Source: Octopus sinensis
Taxonomy: Eukaryota
Assembly: GCF_006345805.1 (NCBI RefSeq)
Contig: NC_042999.1
Location: forward strand, 128,278,001 to 128,342,000
Direction: 5' to 3'
Length of the DNA stretch: 64,000 bases
Part shown: in pieces, positions 54,178 to 64,000 of the stretch
Layout: the number at the start of each line of letters is the position of its first letter
How positions within the stretch are numbered: position 1 is the first letter of the stretch
Program-made: the position numbers and the translations under genes
The notes under the pieces: model-generated
Told to the model about the DNA's origin: nothing
Database searches by the model: none
Seen by the model: only the letters and a program-made list of their open reading frames with translations

Positions 54178-55612
54178 AAGTCCTCCAGGCAATAACAGAG
54201 GCATTTAAGACAGGCTATCCCTGGATCTTCTTTATGCTGATGACCTTGTTCTTATAGCTGACTGAATCACTACAAAAACTAGAGAAGTTTCAGATGTAGA
54301 AGCAAATTCTAAAATTGAAGGGCCTTAGAGTTAACCTAGCAAAAACCTAAGTCTTTATAAGTAGGATAGGAGACAAATCACAAATCCCCTCAGGTAGAAG
54401 GCCCTGCTCAGTCTGTAGGAAAGGGATAGGTAGAAATTCCATAAGACGTACCTGGTGTAAACTATAGATACATAGGTGCAGCAATATCAGAGGAAGGCTA
54501 ACAGGGAAACAGGTACAATTAACATTTAAAATGTACAGAAAATAGACTCCATGAAATGCCAGAGGGGAAAACCAGAAGTAGTTGATGGCTTCCTCTATCA
54601 AGGTGATCAAGTCAGTAGTGGGAACATATGCTTCAAGAGTGTAGCTGCTAGAATAAGAATAGGTTGGGAAAAATTCAGAGAGTTCCTACCTCTGTTGGTA
54701 ACAAAAGGGCCTCTCCCTCAGAGTGAAAGGCAGATTGTATGCCTGTATGCAAACAGCCATGCTACATGGCAGTGAGACATGTACTGTGACTGCCAAAGAC
54801 ATGTATAGGCTTGAAAGAAATGAAGCTAGTATGCTTTGCTGGATGTGCAATGTCAGTGTGCATGTATGACAGATTGTAAACGTCTTGAGAAAATGGTTGG
54901 GCACAAGAGGTATCAGATGTGGTGTGCAAGAAAGACAACTGCATAGGTATGGTCCTGTGATGCATATGATTGTGGGCAGCTGTGTGAAGAAGAACTGATC
55001 TTTACCAGTGGAAGAGGGAGATCTAGGAAGACATAGGATGAGGTGGTGAAGTATGGTCTTTGAACACTGGGCTTCATGGAGGCAATGACTAGTGACCAAG
55101 ACCTTTGGTGATATGCTGTACTTGAGAAGACATAGCAAGCCAAGTAAAATCATAGTTGTGGTCATTGTTGATGTCACGTAGCTGGCACCCATGTCGGTGT
55201 CACATAGAAAGCATGAGCGTTGGGCCTCACAGACGCAATGTGGCTGTTGCAGGTGTCATGGACCTAGCACTTGTGCTGATAGCATGTAAAAAGCAGTTTT
55301 TGAGCACTTGGCCTCACAGAGACAATGATAAATGATGGAGACGTTTCACAATATGCTATGCTTGAGAATGACCCTATCTAACCAACTGAGATTACTGTTG
55401 TGACAGCTACTGCTGTCATGCAACTAGCACCCATGCCAGTGGCATGTAAAAGTGCCCATTACACTTTCGGAGTGGTTATTGTTTGAAAGGGTATCCAGCC
55501 AGAGTAACCATGCCAAATCAGATTGGAGTCTGGTGCAGCCTCTCAGCTTACCATCTCAGATGAAATAGTTCGCCCATGCTAGCATGGACAATGAACACTA
55601 AATGATGATAAT
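54178..55612 (+). mobile_element. 5'-truncated, decayed RTE-clade LINE
   Basis: YADDLVL, NLAKT and finger remnants, with the same 3' UTR and tail as 11757-13187. Confidence 0.88.
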
Positions 55613-55929
55613 GATATATATATATACATATAGATATGCATACATATATATATATATATATATACACACACATATGCACATATATATATACACACACACG
55701 TGTGTGTGTGTGTATGTGTTTTTGTATTTGTTCTTCCCCCACTACTTGACAACTGGTGCTAGTTTGTTTATGTCCCTGTGACATAGCAGTTCAGCCTAGG
55801 AGATCAGTGGAATAAGTACCAGGCTTAAAAGAAATATGTCCTGGGGTCAATTTGTTTGACAAAAACCCTTCAAGGCAGTGTCCCAGCATGGCTGCAGTCT
55901 AATGACTGAAACAAGTAAACGATAAAATA

Positions 55930-56125
55930 TATATAGTTGGAATTTACAAAAACGCAAAACAAAAGACAAAGACAGGCGTGTAAACAACAAACAGATGTAT
56001 TAATTTAATGCTTGGGAAGTGAGAAAGTCTTTTACATTTCGAGCCTATGCTCTTCAACAGAAAGGAACACAGAAATAAACAGAGAGAGAAAATAAAAAAG
56101 ATTTAGTGGCTAGCAATCAATCTAA
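55930..56125 (-). mobile_element. Short PLE-terminus-like repeat carrying a hammerhead-like motif (copy 3)
   Basis: Paralog of 34617-34790; motif at 56029-56064. Confidence 0.6.
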
Positions 56126-56225
56126 ATATATATATATCTTTGTCCTTTTGTATTTGCTCTGATTTTAAAATGCATTGCTTGGTGTATCTTAGTTCTCTAA
56201 CATTATGTGTAAATATTTTGCTTCA

Positions 56226-56431
56226 CTGGAAAATTATATTCGTCATCTCAAGGCCATTACTATAACCTAGAGCATATCCTGGTCTATCATTAAAACAAGA
56301 AGGCCTTACCAGGCTGGTTGCACTGTATGCAATTTGTGCAGTAGGGACTCCCAAGAAATATTACGCAAGAATAAGTATGTTCTTAATAAACAGTGTGATA
56401 TAATCATGTTCTACCAGCATAGATTCTTTTA
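56226..56431 (+). pseudogene. Penelope-like GIY-YIG C-terminal fragment (not in the ORF track)
   Basis: My translation: LENYIRHLK...*SISWSIIKTRRPYQAGCTVCNLCSRDSQEILRKNKYVLNKQCDIIMFYQHRFF*, collinear with L.SYLWNLK...IKWKVI...CRLCLAE...N.RSEI...H of the 47334 ORF. Confidence 0.6.
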
Positions 56432-56714
56432 AAACATTTTCTTTTTGTCATAGATCAACCTACTTAAATCAACTCAAGTTAAGTATAAACTTTTTTTTTT
56501 ATTTGACCTTCTCATCCTGGTTCTCACATATTTCTCTTATACTTGTTTACATTTAACTATATTGCTTAGTCAGAATTATGACCTGCCATACAGTAAATGA
56601 AACTTTGATATCTTTCATACTTTATTTTCAAACTTGTAATAATGTTTTCTTTTGTAGTTCTTCCTTTCATATTTATATTTTTATCTACATTCATATTTTT
56701 CTAACAACCCCATT

Positions 56715-59403
56715 ATTATTTACACATGAGGCCAGAAGGATGCCAAGAAGCAGATCAATCCAGAAAAGAAGGATTTGGAAGTTAAAGAACCCTTCACATG
56801 ATCAGAGATTTAGGGACATCCTCATTGAGAAATTTAATGAGAGAGAGAGGAGGGGCTACAGACTTTGGACAAAGAGGGTAACTGGAAATTCCTACAGGAC
56901 AGTTTACTGAGCACCACATACCAAACTAATGGCTGGTGCAAAGTCCTTTCTAGACCTAGAGTAATGTGGTGGTGGAAAAATGTGGTAGACAATGCCATTA
57001 GAGCAAAGAAACAGGCCTGGAAAGCCTGGAAGAGCGGGTGTAGCAGGGACCTGTACCAGATAGCCAGAAGGGAGGCTGGGCGACAGGTATACATAGCCAA
57101 GGGAAAAGTAGAAAGAAGAAGTTTGCCAATGTTCAGTGACGTGATGACCAAAGAACTGAAGTATTTTGGATTGCAAGACAGTGTGTGAGAGAAAATTGTG
57201 ATGTCACAGGAGAGAAATGTGTCCACTGCACTTGCTTTAATGTTTCTGCAAAGAAAGAGGCTTGGAGAAGCCATTATGAAAGGCTGCTGAATGTGGAGAA
57301 TGAATGGGTGGAGGAAAGCCTGCCAAATGTTGACCCAGTACAAGGACCAGCTACTTGAATAGATAACACCCTGGTAGATAAAGCAATTGAGGATATGAAG
57401 TCAAGAAAAGTCCCTGGCCCATCAGGAACCACTGCTGAGATGCTTAAAATATCTGGTGGTGTGGGTTATGGCCTAGTCACCCGTATTGTAAACCATGTAG
57501 TTCATGAAGGAGTCATACCCAATGACTGACGTAGCAGCACCATAGTCAACTACTACAAAGGAAAAAGGTGATGCTTTAGATAGAAATAACTACAGGAGTA
57601 TCAAACTGCTGGATCAGGCGATGAAGATCACAAAGAGGGTCATAGCCCAACTAATTAGGGAGAAAGTCTGCTTAGATGAGATGCAGTTTGGTTTTGTGCC
57701 AGGTAGAAGCACCACTGATGCTATATTCCTGGTATGACAACTACAGGAGAAATACCTTGCCAAAGATAAACACCTATACTTGGCTTTTGTTGACTTGGAG
57801 AAAGCCTCTGACAGGGTACCCTGATCCCTTATCTGGTGGGCGATGTGGAAACTGGAGATTGATGAGTGGTTAATAAGAGCTGTACAGGGATGCTGTTAGT
57901 AAGATAAGGGTCAGCAATGAGTATAGTGAAGAATTCCGAGTAGAAGTTGGGTTTCACCAAGGATCAGTCCTCAGCCCCTCTTATTCATCATAGTCCTCAA
58001 GGCAATAGCAGAGGAATTCAAGACAGGTTGTCCCTGAGAGCTCCTCTATGCTGATGATCTTGCTCCCATAGCTGAATCTTTACCAGAACTAGAGAAGAAA
58101 TTTCGGGTGTGGAAGCAAGATTTAAAATTGAAGGGCTTTAGAGTCAATGTTGCAAAAACTAAAGTCCTAGTAAGTAGGAAGGTGAACATATCACAAACCC
58201 CTTCAGGTAGATGGCCCTGCTCAATCTGTAAAAAAGATGTAGGTAGAAACTTCATAAGATGTACCCAGTGTAATCTATGGACACATAAGAGGTGCAGCAA
58301 CATCAACGGAAGATTAATTGGGAAGATAGCATTCGTGTGTGGCAGATGCACAGGGGCAATAAACACCACAGATACTCAGAAAACAGATTCCATCACATGC
58401 CAGGGGAAGAAACTAGAAGTAGTTGATAGCTTCCACTACCTAGGTGTCCAAGTCTGTAGTGGGGGTGGATGTTCAGAGAGTGTTGCCACTAGAATAGCCT
58501 GGGAAAAGTTCAGAAAGCTTCTACCTCTACTGGTGATAAAGGACCTTTTGCTCAGAGTGAATGGTAGATTGTATGATGCATGTGTGCAAACTACCATGCT
58601 TCACAAATGACCGAAACCTCTGGAGATAAGCTGTGACTGAGAAAACCCAGCAAAAGTGAGTTCACAGCATCGCATAACCAGCCCACTCAAAAGTACCTTG
58701 AATCGTAGGGTGACCTGCTGTGCTTGAGGAGACCTATTGAGTCAAGTACATCAAAATCAAAATCAAAATCAAAATCAAATGGAAATTGTAGTTGTGATCC
58801 CGTGGCTGATGCCAGTGCCACCTTGACTGGTTTCCATGCTGGTAGTATGTAAAAAGCACCAACCGATCATGGTTGTTGCCAGCCTCCTCTGGCCCCTGTA
58901 CCAGTGGCATGTAAAAATCGCCCACTACACTCTTGGAGTGGTTGGCGTTAGGAAGGACATCTAGCTGTAGAAACACTGCCAGATCAATGGAAACTGCAGT
59001 TGTGATCCCTGAGCCGGTAGCATGTAAAAAGCACCATCTGAACATGGCCGATGCCAGCGCCGCCTCGACTGGCTTCCATGCCAGTGGCACATAAAAAGCA
59101 CCATCCGAATCGTGGCCGATTGCCAGTGCCGCCTTGACTGGCTTCCGTGCTGGTGGCATGTAAAATGCACTAATCCGATCATGGCCATTGCCAGCCTCAC
59201 CTGGCACCTGCGCAGGTGGCTCGTAAAAAGCACCCACTACACTCACGGAGTGGTTGGCGTTAGGAAGGGCATCCAGCTGTAGAAACACTGCCAGATCAGA
59301 CAGGAGCCTGGTGCAGCCTTCTGGCTTCCCAGATCCCCGGTCGAACCATCCCACCCATGCTAGCATGGAGAACGGACATTAAACGATGATGATGATGATG
59401 ATG
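56715..59403 (+). mobile_element. Longest RTE-clade LINE (RT, PHD finger, deletion at ~58607, tandemly repetitive 3' UTR, (GAT)n tail)
   Basis: NYRxIKLLDQ, QFGFVPGRSTTDAIF, FVDLEKA, FHQGSVLS and YADDLA RT motifs across several frameshifts. Confidence 0.92.
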
Positions 59404-59819
59404 ATATATAAATCTTTAGTTAAATATATTCAATGAGAATATTATATACTGAATTTTTATTGAGTGCTTTATTGTATCAAAGTGTTAATACTATTAAAGT
59501 ATTTATATATTTAATACGAATGATTATATATATACATTTTTTAATAATATATTATTATTAATATTAATTCAAAACTTTTAAACTCTCATATACATTATAT
59601 ATTTATGCTTACACATATTTACATATATTTTTATACATATTTATATTTATTTATTTATATATTTTTAATACAATTATTTTTCACACGTGTATATCTTTCT
59701 GAGGAGTTTTGATATTGATTTCCTAATATTAATAATAATATATTATTAATATATATATATATATATATATACAAATATATGCATGGAGAGTGAGATGTGT
59801 CTGTATATGTATATATATA

Positions 59820-60061
59820 TTCTTTAACTTGTTTTAGTCATTTGACTGCGGCCATGCTGAAGCACCACCTTGAAGAGTTTTAATTGAACAAATCGATTGC
59901 AGGCTTTATTTTAAAAGCCTAGTACTTATTCTATCGGCTTCTTTTGCTGAACCGCTAAGTTACAGGGACATAAACACACTAATACCAGTTGTCAAATGGT
60001 GATGGGGTACAAACACATACATAAAGACACACACACACATGTAGATATATGCATACATACA

Positions 60062-60156
<95 letters not shown>

Positions 60157-60222
60157 CAATCAGTTCTTTCAATTTCCATCTACCAAATCCACTCACAGGT
60201 ATTTGGTAGGCCAGAGGCTATA
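59820..60222 (-). mobile_element. SINE type B lacking its head
   Basis: Matches 10415-10740. Confidence 0.75.
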
Positions 60223-61065
60223 GTAAAAAAAAATTTACATTAAACAAGTCCATTGCTCAGCCCTCACCAGATCTGAATATAGCTGATTTCTACCAAAGTG
60301 AAAGTGAGAGAAAGAAAATGTGAAAAGTATGAAAACAATCAACTCCAGCACTATGAATTGGAACCTTGATTATCAAATCTGAAATGATGAATAGCAAAGT
60401 TGACCTTGGTCAGATCGGAACTCAGCCCAGACAGCTGGAATGAATACTGCAAAGCATTCTAACCAACACTTGATCAACCACACCAAATTGCCACCCATAA
60501 TAAGATAATCGTTGTTGATTTAAATAACTGTATCTTCCTTATTAAAATTCACCACCTTGGGCCAGTGTCAGAAATCAGCATTAGATATTATTATTTCTAA
60601 TCTCTCACAAAGTTCAAATACAACCAAGTATGACATTGCCTCACATCCTTGCAGGGGTTGATAGAAAAGCAACCAGCTAAATTTGTGGCTTTTTTGTATG
60701 AACAGCTTATTCCTAATCAATATGCAAGAACTACGAACAAATAGTTGAATACTACAGTAGACACATCACTGAATGCTAAGTACACCCACAGACCAATCTA
60801 TATTGTGCTAACCATTAATCTATAAATAGCTGACTACAGACTAAATGCAATTACTATGGTAAATATACACTGCAACCAAGTCACATATATTTAACTAGAT
60901 GCCTATAAATAACTACACTATGGTTAAGAAGTTTGCTTCCGAACTACATGGTTTTGGATTCAATCCTACGGTGTGCCACCCTGGGAAAGTACTTTCTACT
61001 ATGATTTCTGGGCCAACCAAAGCTTTGGGAGTGTATTTGGTAAATGGAAATGGAACAAAGCCCAT

Positions 61066-61096
<31 letters not shown>

Positions 61097-61314
61097 AGGA
61101 AATGAAGAAAATGCTGACAAAATAATTTAAGTAAGGGAGAGTGTATTTAATTAGGTGAAAGTTCTTTTTACCGGTTGCGCATTTGTTATGCTTATCAAAA
61201 AATATTTTTTTAAGAGAGATAGAGTTCCTTTCTGATAGATTTTTTTCTCTTATCTCTTATTCTCATTTCCTTTTTTTATATATCACAACTCGTGTTCCAC
61301 ATCTCCTTTTTTAA

Positions 61315-61347
<33 letters not shown>

Positions 61348-61581
61348 CCACACACACACACGTACACACACACACACACATTCATACGCATATAATAAGA
61401 TGTAAAAGGGCAGATACTTAGGAAGCACTCAGTCGTTAAGCAATTTTGGTTAACAGCATCATACAATCAGATACCAAAGAATTCAAATAGAATTAACATT
61501 CATGGTCATTCCTCGTATATCCATGAACAAGAATGGAGGAAATCACATCTTTATTTTATACATGCATTAAGTAATATATAT

Positions 61582-61616
<35 letters not shown>

Positions 61617-61795
61617 CATAAAATTACAAATTGACATAGGGGTTGTGAAAGCAACCCACCATGGGATAACATATATCCAATATACTGCTAGTAAAGCACC
61701 CAACAAAGTTAATACATAAATGTTAAGAATTGCGATGCAATTAATTCATTTATTGTATTATATGGGCGAAGGTAAAATGTTTTACCACAAATTAA

Positions 61796-62487
61796 TAATA
61801 CAAAATAATAAAATGGAGAAATGCACCTTAATCAATAATCAACTACCAGATAATAACCCACTACATATGAACATCAAGGTCAAACATAATAGTACAGAAC
61901 AAAACAATGCACATCAATGAGTAATATGATACAATAAGTACAATATGTATAAGTAAATATAAATAAATATAAATATAAATATAAACTACATCTTACAGCT
62001 GTTTCAGGCATGTAGATATGGGTATCTCATTATGCTCATATTAGCCAGGTGTGATAAGTTAATATGGGGTTATAAATGAGACACTTACAAAAATATCCCA
62101 AGGCCTCTTCAGAGATTATAAAGTACAATCTAAATATGAATATCAGAGGAGGTACACCCATACAAGAGTGGGTACATACCCATAATATATAATATACACA
62201 TACATATGAGTGTGCTAATATGAGCATAATGAGATACCCATATCTACATGGCTGAAACAGCTGTAAGATGTAGTTTATATTTATATTTATATTTATTTAT
62301 ATTTACTTATACATAATGTACTTATTGTATCATATTACTCATTGATGTGCATTGTTTTGTTCTGTACTATTATGTTTGACCTTGATGTTCATATGTAGTG
62401 GGTTAATAAATTATGTGATTGGGTATTATCTGGTAGTTGATTATTGATTAAGGTGTATTCCTCCATTTTCTTATTTTGTATATAATA
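61796..62487. mobile_element. Inverted-repeat structure (~250-270-bp arms, ~170-bp spacer) resembling an inverted PLE pseudo-LTR
   Basis: 61796-62045 is mirrored by 62215-62487; (TA)n at both outer ends; contains the hammerhead at 61990-62116. Confidence 0.75.
61990..62116 (-). ncRNA. Type-I hammerhead ribozyme candidate with canonical core and long stem-II insert
   Basis: ATCT-CTGAAGA-GGCC-[~95 nt]-GCCT-GAAAC-AGCT-GTA-AGAT; stem I ATCT/AGAT and palindromic stem III ACAGCTGT. Confidence 0.6.
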
Positions 62488-62488
62488 T

Positions 62489-62536
<48 letters not shown>

Positions 62537-62557
62537 TACATATATATATATATATAT

Positions 62558-62616
<59 letters not shown>

Positions 62617-62617
62617 G

Positions 62618-62691
<74 letters not shown>

Positions 62692-62828
62692 GTACTGGAC
62701 AGACCCTGAACAAAGCTGGACAGAAAATTATGCCTGGTTGCAGCAGCTCATAATAACCATAAAATATGCCGTATGAAATTGTAAAATAAAAGGAAATAAA
62801 TTTGTTATAATTGTTGCTAATACATAGG

Positions 62829-62990
62829 CACAGGAGTGGGTGTGTAGTAAGTAGCTTGCTTACCAACCACATGGTTCCAGGTTCAGTCCCACTGTGTGGC
62901 ACCTTGGGCAAGTGTCTTCTACTATAGCCTTGGGCCAACCAAACCTTGTGAGTGGATTTGGTAGATGGAAACTAAAAGAAGCCCACCATA

Positions 62991-63031
<41 letters not shown>

Positions 63032-63338
63032 TGTGTTGTTTGTTCCTTCTCGAGCCATGCCTGGCTCATAAGGATCAGTTTCCCGGTTTCTTGGTGTATA
63101 GGTTCCCCTCCTGGACGGGACGCTGGTCCATCGCAGGTGAGCTGCAAGATGCAGGAGGAAAGAGTGAGAGAAAGTTGTGGCAAAAGAGTCAGCAGAGGTT
63201 CGCCATTACCTTCTGCCAGAGCCGCGTGGAGCTTAGGTGTTTTGTTCATAAACACACACACCGCCCAGACTGAGATTCGAACATGCAATCCCTCGACCAC
63301 GAGTCTGCTGCTCTAACCACTAGGCCATGTGCCTCCAC

Positions 63339-63373
<35 letters not shown>

Positions 63374-63525
63374 ATCTATATGTTTGTGACAACAGATGTT
63401 CGGCAAAAGAGGCTAATAGAATAATTACTAGGCTTACAAAGAATAAGTCCTGGGGTTGATTTATTCAATTAAAAATGCAGTGTTCCAGCATGGCCACAGT
63501 CAAACGACTGAGAAGAATAAAAGAA
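62829..63525 (+). mobile_element. SINE type B interrupted in its (TG)n tract by an antisense SINE (63033-63338)
   Basis: Type B 5' half at 62829-62990 and 3' half at 63385-63525; the nested element has a tRNA head at 63338. Confidence 0.8.
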
Positions 63526-63947
63526 TATATATTTATGTACATACACACACACAACTATATATATTCATATGTATGTGTATATGTTTGTATCTATGTGTGT
63601 GCATGGCTCATTGGTGTGAATGCATGTACTTGTTTATGTCGCCAAGTCTTGACAAATGATATGAGTTGTAAGCAAGTGACATCCTCATGTGAGTACTGTC
63701 CTTCATTTCCAGTATTCTGTTCATGCGTGTAAACAAGGGATAATATCATTTCACTTGCTAACAGGCGCTGATTGGTGACAGGAAGGGCATCTGGCTGTAG
63801 AAAATCTGCTTTAATGAATACTGCCTGACTCACGAAAGCATGGGAAAATGGATGTTAAAATGATGATGATGATGAAGAGGATGAGTTGATAATGATATAA
63901 GCACAAACAAAAGTACAGAAATATACACACTTATGTATACATGAGTA

Positions 63948-63980
<33 letters not shown>

Positions 63981-64000
63981 CTCTATCTATCTATCTATCT

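Noticed and set aside
58790-59230. Regular ~50-60-bp repeats that superficially resemble a CRISPR array
   Set aside because: Degenerate tandem units of a eukaryotic LINE 3' UTR with no unique spacers and no cas genes.
58734-59366. 210-aa minus-strand ORF
   Set aside because: Antisense to the repetitive RTE 3' UTR; the same peptide recurs at other tail copies.

Overview
AT-rich eukaryotic DNA saturated with repeats. The SINE, RTE and microsatellite repertoire looks like an octopus or other cephalopod intron or intergenic region; this rests on recognition and is not proven. No recognisable host gene is present, only a few weak plus-strand candidate exons. Supported content: (1) a young, 5'-truncated R4/Dong-type retrotransposon with a restriction-like endonuclease, followed by two copies of a second element, all stacked in one (TAA)n tract; (2) three 5'-truncated RTE-type LINEs with a PHD finger after the RT domain, plus many orphan RTE 3' tails; (3) two Penelope-like (PLE) GIY-YIG fragments; (4) DD37D and mariner remnants, hAT and piggyBac-like MITEs, and two near-identical Helitron-like elements; (5) about 20 tRNA-derived SINEs of three types. 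The most interesting signal is a set of seven minimal type-I hammerhead-ribozyme-like motifs, mostly in short (TA)n-associated PLE-like remnants and all on the minus strand. They include a G3-C8 covariant core, a recurring CUGUNGA (A6U) core and a canonical core with a ~95-nt stem-II insert. None has been tested for activity.
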